Source: an uncultured Thermoleophilia bacterium
GTDB lineage: Bacteria; Actinomycetota; Thermoleophilia; UBA2241
DNA length: 64,000 nucleotides
Direction of reading: 5' to 3'
Assembly (NCBI GenBank): GCA_963715985.1
Contig: CAVQSP010000009.1
Location: 1 to 64,000 of the forward strand
Made by a program: the position numbers and the translations under genes
The notes under the pieces: model-generated
The model's input: the letters and a program-made list of their open reading frames with translations, nothing else
Told to the model about the DNA's origin: nothing
The model's database searches: none
Shown: in pieces, positions 20,215 to 29,921 of the stretch
Layout of the letters: every line of letters starts with the position of its first letter
How positions within the stretch are numbered: position 1 is the stretch's first letter

Positions 20215-21383
20215 CACCCACGAGTACCCGCAAGCAGTGGTCGATGAGTTCGAGCGCCTCAAGCGAGAGTGCAGCATCTGCTACCAGTGCGGCACCTGCA
20301 CCTCAAGCTGCCCGAGCGGGCGCGAGCTCTACCGCGGCCCGCGACGCATCGTCCGGCTCATCCTGGCCGGCGAGATCGAGGCGGTCCTCAAGAGCGACGA
20401 CCTCTGGCGCTGCACCGAGTGCGGCGCCTGCACGTCGGTGTGCCGCATGGACATCGACGTCGCCGCCGTCCTGCAGAGCCTGCGTCGGCTGGAGCGCGAG
20501 CACGGCGGGGCGATCCACTGCGCGGAGCGCACCGCCGCCGACGTGGCCGCCGGCCACCTGCGCAGAAGCGGCCGCGCATCGACAACCTGCGCTTCGGCGC
20601 GGCCATGGTCTCCAGGGGCTACGTGCCCAAGGACAAGGTCGGCGGCGCCGAGATGGGCGTGAAGCTGGCGAAGCAGCTGCTGCCGGGCCGAAAGCAGCGA
20701 CCGGCGAGCGCAGCGGCTCCGGCCGCGGGCGCCGTCGCGCTGCCCTTCTACGCGGGCTGCGCGATCCCGCAGGACCACGAGCTGCACGCCCTCGTGCACG
20801 AGGTGGCCGTGGGCTTCGGCGTCCGCCTCGACGAGACGGCGGACGCCGGCTGCTGCGGCCACCCGAGCCGCGGCTCGGTGAGCAGCCTGTTCACAAGTGA
20901 GGAGCGCGTCTGCACGGCGTGCCCCGCCTGCGACGCCAGCCTCGAGGACGCCGGGGTGGCGTCTCAGCCGCTCTGGGACGTACTCACCGAGCGCGCAGCC
21001 CGCAGCGCGGCCATCGAGCTCCGCGCCGCAGGGCCCGCCTTCGTGCCCGTACGTCGGCTGCCTCGCCGACCGCGACGCCGTCGCTGGCAGCGCTCGGCGA
21101 CGCCGCCGAGCAGTCCGGCGCACGGATGGCGGTCGACTACCCGACCCTCCACAACGGCTGCTGCGGCGCCCTCGGCGGCATGTACCGCGGCGCCACCAAG
21201 TCGAGCGCGCGGCTCCTGGAGTTCGCCTCGCGGCAGCACGCGCCGGTGGTCACCACCTGCGTGCTGTGCCGCGACAACCTCCGCTCGGCCGCGCGCGAGC
21301 TCAAGCTCGGCGTCCCCGTCCACTTCTGGCCCGAGTTCTTCCGGGCTGTGCCGACCACTCCCGAGGAGCACGCCGATGCCTGA
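20189..21383 (+). CDS. Compact HdrC-HdrB fusion (HdrD-like), about three frameshifts (near 20563, 21047, 21080)
   Basis: CYQCGTCTSSCP and WRCTECGACTSVC. Two CCG units: YAGC..GCCG..CPAC and YVGC..GCCG..CVLC. Confidence 0.7.
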
Positions 21384-22050
21384 CGCCAAAGACAACCCGT
21401 ACGCGCACATCGCCGACGACGCGTTCGCGGCCGCCCCGCGACGCGACCCCGACCTCGTCAAGCGCATCCTCGAGGACCCGCGCATGCACGACCACAAGGA
21501 CGGCTTCCAGAGCTGCATCCAGTGCGGCGTCTGCACCTCCGGCTGTCCGGCGGCGCGCTTCACCGAGTACTCGCCGCGCGAGACGGCGCGCCGCGCTCTG
21601 GACGGCGACGTCACGCTGCTCGAGGACGACAACGTCTGGTACTGCTACTACTGCTACACCTGCCAGAGCCGCTGCCCGCGCCACAACAGCGTCGCGGTGA
21701 TCAACCAGGTCGTGCGCGGCATCCAGGTGGAGAACGGCCGCGGCCGCCGGCACGTCGAGATGTTCGCCGAGTGGTGCGGCAACTTCTACGAGAAGGGCAT
21801 GGGCGGCGACCCGCACCTCATGTTCCCGGCCATCGGCGAGGCGTGGGGCGAGAAGTGGACGGACTACATGGAGCATCTGCTCGAGATCCGTGAGGAGCTC
21901 GGGCTGGGAGACCTCTTCCCGCCGGACGAGGTGGTCAAGGAGGTCCAGACGATCTTCGAGGCGACCGGCTTCAAGGAGCGCCTGGCGGCCGTGCGTGGAG
22001 ACGCAGCCGAGCACGGGAACGCGGCCGCCGAGGAGCCCGGCGACAGCTGA
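21376..22050 (+). CDS. hdrC: Heterodisulfide reductase subunit C-like
   Basis: CIQCGVCTSGCP, YSPR, WYCYYCYTCQSRCPR. GAGGAG RBS. Confidence 0.88.
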   Translation: MPDAKDNPYAHIADDAFAAAPRRDPDLVKRILEDPRMHDHKDGFQSCIQCGVCTSGCPAARFTEYSPRETARRALDGDVTLLEDDNVWYCYYCYTCQSRCPRHNSVAVINQVVRGIQVENGRGRRHVEMFAEWCGNFYEKGMGGDPHLMFPAIGEAWGEKWTDYMEHLLEIREELGLGDLFPPDEVVKEVQTIFEATGFKERLAAVRGDAAEHGNAAAEEPGDS

Positions 22051-22134
22051 GAGCTGGGCGCCGCCGGATGCGGACCGTCCCCGTGACGGCACTCATCGGG
22101 TAGGCTTGCGGGGTCCTGCGACCCCGGAGGCCCC

Positions 22135-22983
22135 ATGGAGCCAAGCGGAGGGGCGGCCGCGCGGCTGCGGCAGCGCGCGGGCGCGGTGATCGGCGTCGTC
22201 CTCGCGCACAACCTGCCGAGGCTCGCGGCCGCACTCACCTACTACACCGTCCTCTCCCTGCTGCCGGCGCTCCTCGTGATGGTCGCGCTGCTCGGCCTCA
22301 TCGGCCTGTCTCCGGAGACCGTGAACGAGCTCCTCGACGCGGTCGGGGACCTGGGAGGGCGCTGGCTCACGGACTTCGTGTCGGGCGCCCTCGACAGCGT
22401 CCTCAACTCGCACTCTTCGGGACTTGTGCTCGGCCTCGGCGCGCTGTTCGCCGTCTGGGCCGCGTCCGGCTACGTGGGCGCCTACATGTGGGCGGCGGAC
22501 AGGATCCACGACGTGGAGACGCCGAGGCCCTTCTGGCACGAGCTCCCGCTGCGCGTAGGTCTCGCCCTGCTGCTGCTGGTGCTGCTCGCGGCCACGGCCG
22601 CGGGCCTGACCGTCGTCGGGCCCGTCGGCTCCTGGATCGCGGACGCCACCGGCATCGGCAACGGCCCGCTCCACCTCTGGACCTGGATCAAGTGGCCGCT
22701 CCTCGTCGTCGTCGGCCTCCTGGTGTTCGGCCTGCTCTACCGCTTCGGGCCGGCGGAGCGAGGGCGCGGTGTCTGGAGCCTGCTGGCGGGCGCCGCGACC
22801 GCCGTGCTCCTGTGGCTGCTGGTCTCGGCGGTCTTCGGCTACTACCTGGCCAACTGGGCGTCGTACAGCCGCGTGTACGGCGCCCTGGCGACCGGCATCG
22901 CCTTCCTCGTGTGGGCCTGGCTGCTGAACCTCGCGGTGCTGGCCGGCGCCGAGGTGGAACGAGCGCTGGGGCGGCGGGCCTGA
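22135..22983 (+). CDS. YihY/virulence factor BrkB family membrane protein
   Basis: AAALTYY..LSLLP, WAASGY, YSRVYGALA, GAEV. Confidence 0.88.
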   Translation: MEPSGGAAARLRQRAGAVIGVVLAHNLPRLAAALTYYTVLSLLPALLVMVALLGLIGLSPETVNELLDAVGDLGGRWLTDFVSGALDSVLNSHSSGLVLGLGALFAVWAASGYVGAYMWAADRIHDVETPRPFWHELPLRVGLALLLLVLLAATAAGLTVVGPVGSWIADATGIGNGPLHLWTWIKWPLLVVVGLLVFGLLYRFGPAERGRGVWSLLAGAATAVLLWLLVSAVFGYYLANWASYSRVYGALATGIAFLVWAWLLNLAVLAGAEVERALGRRA

Positions 22984-23000
22984 AGGGACTGCGTCTCGGC

Positions 23001-23353
23001 TCAGTCCTCGTCGATGACGATTCCGTGAGCTGGATCATCGGAGCCTCGGGGTCCAGACGCACCGTCAGCGACCCGCACTGCGCGCACGCCGGCTGAGGCG
23101 CGTTCGCGCTGAACTCGTGACTACAGTCCATGCATACCGCCGAGACCGGCCTGTGCTCCACGTGCAGAGCTGCGCCGAGGAAGAGGTCGTCGTCCTGCGT
23201 CAGCATCTCGAAGTACATGATGATCGAGTCTTCGGTGAAATCCGCAGCGGGCGTCATGACGATGTGCACGTCGGTGATCCTCTTCGCGTTGCCCTCCACC
23301 GCCGCGTCGCGTGCGCGGTCGATGATCCCCTGAGTGATGCCCAGTTCATGCAC
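23001..23353 (-). CDS. hypA: Hydrogenase nickel metallochaperone HypA (indel near 23022)
   Basis: MHELGI start, CMDC and CAQC. Corrected end is IVIDED-stop. Confidence 0.88.
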
Positions 23354-23656
23354 GGTGGCCCCTTTCTCCCAGGCTGAGCCCTCGGAGTGCTTCTGTCCCC
23401 ACTCACCAGACGCGCTTCAGCCTGGCTGCCCCGTCTCCGCGCGGCATCATCGTGGCCGATTCTAGCAAGTCCGCGGCAGCAGCTCGCCGACAGGCATGTC
23501 CGGCGCCCGCCGCGTCCGAACTGCGTGCGTGGTGCCACGAGGCCTCCGTGCTCGGCGGTGACGGATCCGATGCGCCGCGCCGGCGCGCCACACGGCGCGG
23601 GGCCCGAACGGACTGTGTCCCCGCGCCGACGCCCGCAAGCGCAGGCGCGCCCCTCG

Positions 23657-24139
23657 TCAGACCTCGTCCAGGAGGGTCCCGATCTCCTCGAGCATCTGGC
23701 GCACCAGATCCGGGAGAGCGGCCTCAAGCTCCGGCCGGAGGCGCTCTCCGAACGTGAGATTGTCGCTGATCTCCACGGCGAGGATGTGGATGTCCCCCTC
23801 GCCGGGCACGTGGATACCCATTCGCCGGCCGAGCTCCATGGCGGTGGCGAAGTTGGCGTCGTGCACGTTGTTAAGGTGCATCGTCTCGCGCAGCGCCTCA
23901 CCGTCGAAGCGATACCAGTCGCCCGGCCTGCCGCCGTCGGTCATGATGGAATCCAGCACGATGAGACGGTCGAACCCAGCCACGACGTCGAGCAGCTCGA
24001 GGCCTCCGGTGCAGCACTCCTCCTGGACGACCAGGTCGTGGCGTGACTGGAGCTCGCGGCCGAGACCTTCCGCCAGCCGGATACCGATCGCGTCATCGCT
24101 CAGGATGGGGTTGCCCATACCAAGCAGCAGCGTCCTCAC
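23657..24139 (-). CDS. Hydrogenase maturation protease
   Basis: LGMGNPILSDDAIG, GGLELL, IVLDSI, NVHD. Confidence 0.92.
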   Translation of the reverse strand: MRTLLLGMGNPILSDDAIGIRLAEGLGRELQSRHDLVVQEECCTGGLELLDVVAGFDRLIVLDSIMTDGGRPGDWYRFDGEALRETMHLNNVHDANFATAMELGRRMGIHVPGEGDIHILAVEISDNLTFGERLRPELEAALPDLVRQMLEEIGTLLDEV

Positions 24140-24142
24140 GCG

Positions 24143-25609
24143 TCAGCACCCGCGCCGGAACTCATGGCTCACCTCGCCGCCCCGATGAAAGCGCACGCGC
24201 AGCGGCATCTGGCCGGGCAAGCTGTGCGTCGCGCAGCTGTAGCAGGGATCGAAGGCGCGGAACGCCATCTCGACCATGTTGAGGATCCCCTGATCGGGCT
24301 CCTTGCCGGGCTGGATCAGCGTCTCAGCCACCTTCTTCGTCACCATCTGGATGGGAGCATTGTTGTTCGTGGTCCCCACGATGAGGTTGGCGCTCGTGCA
24401 GATGGCGTTCTCGTCGCAGGTGTAGTGGTGGGTGAGCGTGCCGCGCATGGCTTCGACGATGCCTACGCCCTCGCCGGTCACGCGCTCGGGGATGACGCGG
24501 TAGGCGTCCCCGGTGATCTCGGGGTCGTCGCAGTACATCTGCAGCGTCTCGGCGTTCTGCACCATCTCCACAAGTCGCGCCCAGTGCTGGGCGAGCAGCA
24601 TCCTGCTGGGATGACCGCCGAGGGTCGCGAACATCTCCTCGTACGCCTCCTGGGCCTTGGGCGTCGCCATGCGGTCGGCGACGTTGAGGCGGGCCAGCGG
24701 CGTGGCGCAGTAGATGGAGGAGTCGATGCCCTCCGCGAACCCCTTCCAGCCGCGCTTCTTGAGGTACGGGAACTTGAGGTAGGTCCAGGGCTCGACGTGC
24801 TCGGCCACGTAGTCGGCGTACTCGGGGGCGTCATAGCGGTAGAGCTCGGCGCCCTCGAAGTCGACCACGCGGACCTGGCCGTCGTAGAAGTCCGGCGCGT
24901 TGTTCTTGTCGACCAGGCCCATGTTCTGCACGTCGAGCGTGTAGGGGCCGTTGGCGATGATGTCGAGGTACGTGGGGTTGGCGAGTACGACATCACGGAA
25001 GAGCTGCAGGGAGAACTGGGTGAACTCGTACAGCTCTGCCACCATCGGCCGGATCTGCTCGAGCTCGTCCGGCTTGAGGCCTTTGGCCACGCCGCCGGGG
25101 ATGCACCAGATGTCCTGCGTGGAGCGTCCACCGATGATGCGCTGGATCTCCTGCGCCTTGCCGCGCGAGGCGATGACGGCGCCGCCGATCTCGAGCCCCA
25201 CCTTGGCGACCACGCCGAGCACGTTGCGGATCGCGGGGTCGGCGTCCGGGCCGAGCACGAAGTCGGGCGCCGCGAGCGCATAGAAATGGGCGATGTGGCT
25301 GTGGATGTAGTGCGCGTTGTAGTACATGCGGCGCAGCTTCACTGCCAGCTCTGGCACCTCGCCGCCGAAGCAGCCGTCCACGGCCTTGGCGCTGGCCATA
25401 TGGTGGCTGGCCGGGCACACGCCGCAGATGCGCGTGACGAGGCGCGGCAGCTCTTCGATGGGCCGGCCCACGACGAAGCGCTCGAAGCCGCGCAGCTCGG
25501 GGATCTGGAAGTAGCAGTCCTCCACGGCCCCGGCGTCATCGAGGAAGATCTCGATCTTGCCGTGGCCCTCGAGGCGGGTGATGGGATCGATGCTGATCTT
25601 CCTCGTCAT
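24143..25609 (-). CDS. mvhA: [NiFe]-hydrogenase large subunit, group 3c (MvhA)
   Basis: TRLEGHGK, L1 RICGVCP, EAMRGTL, L2 DPCYSCATH plus a cleavable extension. Confidence 0.92.
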   Translation of the reverse strand: MTRKISIDPITRLEGHGKIEIFLDDAGAVEDCYFQIPELRGFERFVVGRPIEELPRLVTRICGVCPASHHMASAKAVDGCFGGEVPELAVKLRRMYYNAHYIHSHIAHFYALAAPDFVLGPDADPAIRNVLGVVAKVGLEIGGAVIASRGKAQEIQRIIGGRSTQDIWCIPGGVAKGLKPDELEQIRPMVAELYEFTQFSLQLFRDVVLANPTYLDIIANGPYTLDVQNMGLVDKNNAPDFYDGQVRVVDFEGAELYRYDAPEYADYVAEHVEPWTYLKFPYLKKRGWKGFAEGIDSSIYCATPLARLNVADRMATPKAQEAYEEMFATLGGHPSRMLLAQHWARLVEMVQNAETLQMYCDDPEITGDAYRVIPERVTGEGVGIVEAMRGTLTHHYTCDENAICTSANLIVGTTNNNAPIQMVTKKVAETLIQPGKEPDQGILNMVEMAFRAFDPCYSCATHSLPGQMPLRVRFHRGGEVSHEFRRGC

Positions 25610-26571
25610 TGGCGGACGCTCCTTTGCAGCAGCGAGGCGGGCGCGCTGAAGCGATAGGCGAACCCCGCGAAGTCGGGCAGGCCTTCAAGGATGCGATCGA
25701 TCTCCGCCGGATCGTTGCTGTCGATCACGGACACGACGGCCGAGAGCAGCTTGGCTCCCTGGTCGACCACCCCGGGTAGCGGACCGTAGCAGCCGCGGCA
25801 CGGGATGCCGCTCGTCGGGCAGCGGGCGCCGCAGCCCGCGCGGGTGGCAACGCCCGCGCACAACACGCCCTGCTCCAGCAGGCACACCTCCGGGTCGGCC
25901 ATGATCTGCCAGGGCCGGTGAAAGCCGGTGATCTTCTTCTCGTTCTTCGTGCGTGCGCACTCGTCGCACAGGGCCGTCTCCGACGCGCCCACGACCGAGC
26001 CGAGCGGCGGTAGCTGGCCCTGGACCACGGCCAGCACGACCGCCTTCACCTGGTCGGCGGCCGGCGGACACCCCGGGACGTAGTAGTCGACGGGCACGAT
26101 ATCGTCGAGCTTGTAGACGCGCTTGTAGAAGCCGGGGATGGTGAGCATCGTGCCGTTCATGCCCGTCTCCGGACGCGGCAGCGTGATGTTGCCCTTCTCG
26201 ATGCTCGGGTTGTCGAGGTACGCGGTACTCATGATCTCGTCCCGGGAGACGAAGTTGGCGAGTCCCGGGATGCCGCCGAGGTGGGCGCACGAACCGAAGG
26301 CCACGAGCAGCTTGCTCTTGCGGCGCAGGAGCTTCGCGATGTGCTCGTTCTCGGAATTGCGTACCGCCCCGTTGAACAGCGTCAGGTCGAGCTCGCCGTC
26401 CTGCATCGCCTCCACGTCCGCGTACTTGCCGTCGACGGCGATGGGCCAGAGGCGGATGTCGGCGGCGGCGGCCACGTCGAGGATGAACTCGTTCGTGTCA
26501 AGGACCGCGACGTCGCAGCCGCCGCACGCGGCGCCCCAGTACAGCGCGATCTGCAGTTTCTCGCCGGCCAC
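25606..26571 (-). CDS. mvhG: [NiFe]-hydrogenase small subunit (MvhG)
   Basis: ACGGC, GSCAHLGG, PGCPP, CDEC, CLLEQG.LC.G..TRAGC, CRGCYG. Confidence 0.92.
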   Translation of the reverse strand: MAGEKLQIALYWGAACGGCDVAVLDTNEFILDVAAAADIRLWPIAVDGKYADVEAMQDGELDLTLFNGAVRNSENEHIAKLLRRKSKLLVAFGSCAHLGGIPGLANFVSRDEIMSTAYLDNPSIEKGNITLPRPETGMNGTMLTIPGFYKRVYKLDDIVPVDYYVPGCPPAADQVKAVVLAVVQGQLPPLGSVVGASETALCDECARTKNEKKITGFHRPWQIMADPEVCLLEQGVLCAGVATRAGCGARCPTSGIPCRGCYGPLPGVVDQGAKLLSAVVSVIDSNDPAEIDRILEGLPDFAGFAYRFSAPASLLQRSVRQ

Positions 26572-26574
26572 GGC

Positions 26575-27009
26575 TCACCTCTCCACTGCGTCGCCCGCCA
26601 GCGCCATCTTCACGCGGCTGGGCCCCAGCGCCCGGAGGCGCTCCGTCATGTCGTCGACGATGTCGGCGAAGCGCATGCCCTCGCTGGCGCTGACCCACTC
26701 GAGACGGACGCGCTCGTCCTCGATACCGAAGTCGGCGAGCATCCTCTTGAGCAGCGGCATGCGGCGCATCGTCTTGTAGTTGCCCTCCGAGTAGTGGCAG
26801 TCGCCGGGGTGGCAGCCGCAGACCAGCACCCCATCGGCACCCTCGGCCAGCGCTTTGATCACGAACGTCGGGTCGATGCGGGCCGAGCACATGACGCGGA
26901 TCACGCGTACGTTCGAGTGGTAGTGGATGCGGCTCGTCCCGGCCAGGTCCGCTCCCGAGTAGGAGCACCAGTTGCAGAGGAAGCCGACGATCTTGGGCTC
27001 GAAGCTCAT
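26575..27009 (-). CDS. mvhD: MvhD [2Fe-2S] subunit
   Basis: [41 protein letters not shown]. Confidence 0.93.
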   Translation of the reverse strand: MSFEPKIVGFLCNWCSYSGADLAGTSRIHYHSNVRVIRVMCSARIDPTFVIKALAEGADGVLVCGCHPGDCHYSEGNYKTMRRMPLLKRMLADFGIEDERVRLEWVSASEGMRFADIVDDMTERLRALGPSRVKMALAGDAVER

Positions 27010-28730
27010 GCCAGCACCCCCGCTATCTCGGCGAAGATCTGTTGGTCCGTGAAGTGCCTCGCCTTGATGGCCGCCGAGGGGCAGGTGGCCACGCAGGCTC
27101 CGCACGCCTTGCACAGGGCGCTGATGACGTGACTGCGCTTCTTCTCCGCGTCGAACTCGATGGCCGAGTACGGGCAGATCTCGTTGCAGACCCGGCATCC
27201 GGAGCAGAGCTCTTCATCGACCGCCGCGAACATCGCGTCGATCTCGAGCTTGCCGCGGGAGATCTTGCCCAGGATGCGGCCCGCGGCGGCGCGTGCCTGG
27301 GCGACCGAGTCCGGGATGTCCTTGGGCGCCTGGCAGGCGCCGGCGATGTAGATGCCGTCGGTCGTGGTCGCCACAGGGTCCAGCTTGGGGTGGCTCTCGA
27401 TGAACCAGCCGTCCTTGTCCTGGCTGATATTGACGAGGTGGGTCACCGCCTCGGCGTCCTCTCGCGGCTCCATCCCCACCATGAGGATGATGAGGTCGGC
27501 CGGCAGCTCGATCTGCTCGCCGGACAACTGCTCGTCGACCACGATGAGCATCTCGCAGTCGTCGCCGGGGTCGGCGCGCCTCACCACCGGGTGCTCGCCC
27601 TTGCCGTACATCAGGAACAGCGTCTTGACCTCGGCACTGCGCCGGTAGAAGTCCTCGCAGCCCTTGCCGAACGCGTGCATATCGATGTACACGTCCGACA
27701 CGTAGCTGCCGGGCAGCGCCGACTTGACCTCATGCGCGTACTTGAGCGCCGTCATGCAGCACACCCGCGAGCAGTAGCCGTTGAACTCCTCGCTGCGGCT
27801 GCCGACGCAGTGGATCACCGCCACGTACTGAGGCAGGCGGCCGTCCTTCATCTCGATGCGGCCCTGACGCAGCATGCGCTCGAACTCGAAGGACGTGATC
27901 ACGTTGGGCAGCTTGCCGTAGCCCAGGTGCGTCGCCCGCGAGGCATCGAACTCCCTGTAGCCGGTGCACACGATGACGCTGCCGACGTCGACGACCTGCC
28001 GCGGTGGGTCTTCACCGGACGAGCGGTGGACGAGGGTGGCCTTGAAGTTGCCGACGAACCCCTCGAGCTTCTCGAGCTCCGTCTGGACCATGACCTCCAC
28101 GTGCGGATGCTCCATGACGCGTGTGATGCGGTCGGTCAACATGTCGTGGGCCGAGTCCAGATAGGGCGCCGTCAGGTCGACGCGCCCTATGTTGCCGCCC
28201 AGCGCCCGCTCTCTCTCGACGAGGTACACGAGCTTGCCCGCGTTGGCGAGCTCGAGGGCGGCGGACAGGCCGGCGATGCCGCCGCCCAGGATCAGCGTGT
28301 TCGGGCACATGTCGACCGACATGCGCTCAAGCGGCTCATGCTGCGCGACCCGGTACACGGCTGCGCGCACCAGGTCGGTGGCCTTCTCCGTCGCCTCGGA
28401 CGGGTCGTCGTGGACCCAGCTGCACTGCTCGCGGATGTTGGCCATCTGCACGAGATACGAGTTGACGCCTGCCGACTCCGCGGCGCGCCGAAACGTGGGC
28501 TCGTGCATCCTGGGGCTGCACGCGGCCACGACGATGCGCTCCAGGCCTTCATCCTGGATGTCCTGCGCGATCATCTCCTGGCCGGGGTTGGAGCACATGT
28601 ACTTGTACGAGCGCGCGACGGCGACGCCGGGGAGTGCGGACGCAGCCTTCACGACTGCGTCGCAGTCGACGACCTTGGCGATGTTCGTGCCGCAGTTGCA
28701 GATGTACACGCCGATGCGTGGCTCCTCCAT
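27006..28730 (-). CDS. hdrA: HdrA-like flavoprotein with N-terminal cluster domain and C-terminal ferredoxin but no inserted ferredoxin
   Basis: [67 protein letters not shown]. Confidence 0.9.
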   Translation of the reverse strand: MEEPRIGVYICNCGTNIAKVVDCDAVVKAASALPGVAVARSYKYMCSNPGQEMIAQDIQDEGLERIVVAACSPRMHEPTFRRAAESAGVNSYLVQMANIREQCSWVHDDPSEATEKATDLVRAAVYRVAQHEPLERMSVDMCPNTLILGGGIAGLSAALELANAGKLVYLVERERALGGNIGRVDLTAPYLDSAHDMLTDRITRVMEHPHVEVMVQTELEKLEGFVGNFKATLVHRSSGEDPPRQVVDVGSVIVCTGYREFDASRATHLGYGKLPNVITSFEFERMLRQGRIEMKDGRLPQYVAVIHCVGSRSEEFNGYCSRVCCMTALKYAHEVKSALPGSYVSDVYIDMHAFGKGCEDFYRRSAEVKTLFLMYGKGEHPVVRRADPGDDCEMLIVVDEQLSGEQIELPADLIILMVGMEPREDAEAVTHLVNISQDKDGWFIESHPKLDPVATTTDGIYIAGACQAPKDIPDSVAQARAAAGRILGKISRGKLEIDAMFAAVDEELCSGCRVCNEICPYSAIEFDAEKKRSHVISALCKACGACVATCPSAAIKARHFTDQQIFAEIAGVLA

Positions 28731-28742
28731 CTCTTCACCCCC

Positions 28743-29912
28743 TCAGGCCGTGTGGACCTGCGTCTGCGGTTCGGCACCTCTGTGCGCCGCCGCGGTTCCG
28801 CCCGCGCCCTCGCGGGCCAGAGCTGTGGCGCGCACCTGGGCCAGGTACATCGCCAAGGGCCGGTAGGCGAGGTGCGACCATTTGCTGAACGGCACCTCGA
28901 GCGCCAGCATCGGCACGACCATGGACAGGTGCACGATGTAGGTGACGTTGGCGGCCGCGTCCATGCCGCTGCGATGCAGGATGTGCTGCAGGATGCCCGT
29001 GAGCGCGACGACGAGGATCAGGACGAGGAAGATCCAGTCGGACTCGTGCGAGTGGCGATACTGCGCCGCCGACTTCGTCACGCGATTGCGCAGGAAGAGG
29101 ATCGTGGCGATCACGAGGCCGGCCGTCGCGAGGTAGCCGGCCACGTGGACCGACCAGTCGATGGCCGGCCCTGACGCCATGTCGCTCAGGAAGAACATGA
29201 TGAGCACCAGCATGGTGACGTAGCTCAGCATGAGCGCCAGATGGGTCACCCAAGGTGTCTTGCGCTCGCACTTGCTGTAGCGGGCCTGCGTGAAGAAGTG
29301 GGTGGGCAGCATCCACACGCTCGTGACATAGCTGCCCAGTGTCGTGGGCAACTCCTTGTCACGCCCCATCGTGAACCACCACATGCGCGCGGCGTTGCTC
29401 AGCAGGAACACGAGGAGCACGCCGGCAAGGATCCAGTCGAAGACGTGGATGCTCGAACTCGGCAGGAACGCGTTGGCGCCGTCGTAGTCAGACAGGCTGC
29501 CTTGCGACATGCCGAACAGCGTGAAGCCGATGGCCGTGAGGATGGCCACGAGGATGATCGCGCCCAGCTCCCAGCGCCACGACTTGTAGAACAGCCGGGA
29601 GATCCCCGTCCAGTCATAGCGTGAGGTGAGCCAGCGCCGCAGGCTCATCATCGTCTCCCCGGGCTCGGCGTCGCGAGGGCACTGCTCCGAGCATTCGCCA
29701 CAGTAGTAGCAGAGCCAGGGGTCCAGCTGGCTCTCGAGCTTCTCCTCGAGCCCCATCTGCAGGTAGCGCATCGGTTTGCGCGGGAACACGTACGGAGCCG
29801 CGGAGAAGGGGCATACGGCAGAGCAGTTACCGCAGTGGTAGCAGTTCATCACGTCCTCGGCCCCGTATGGCTCAAGCTCTTCGATGAGTTTGGGATTGGC
29901 TCTGATAGCCAT
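28743..29912 (-). CDS. QmoC-like membrane subunit (HdrC-type 2x[4Fe-4S] domain plus cytochrome b-like TM domain)
   Basis: CYHCGNCSAVCP, WLCYYCGECSEQCPR, several TM helices with His residues, PFSKWSHLAYRP. Confidence 0.85.
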   Translation of the reverse strand: MAIRANPKLIEELEPYGAEDVMNCYHCGNCSAVCPFSAAPYVFPRKPMRYLQMGLEEKLESQLDPWLCYYCGECSEQCPRDAEPGETMMSLRRWLTSRYDWTGISRLFYKSWRWELGAIILVAILTAIGFTLFGMSQGSLSDYDGANAFLPSSSIHVFDWILAGVLLVFLLSNAARMWWFTMGRDKELPTTLGSYVTSVWMLPTHFFTQARYSKCERKTPWVTHLALMLSYVTMLVLIMFFLSDMASGPAIDWSVHVAGYLATAGLVIATILFLRNRVTKSAAQYRHSHESDWIFLVLILVVALTGILQHILHRSGMDAAANVTYIVHLSMVVPMLALEVPFSKWSHLAYRPLAMYLAQVRATALAREGAGGTAAAHRGAEPQTQVHTA

Positions 29913-29921
29913 GCGGCCCTC

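Noticed and set aside
24143-27009. [NiFeSe] hydrogenase or Sec-containing MvhD
   Set aside because: DPCYSC and CNWC are Cys-encoded, with no in-frame UGA.
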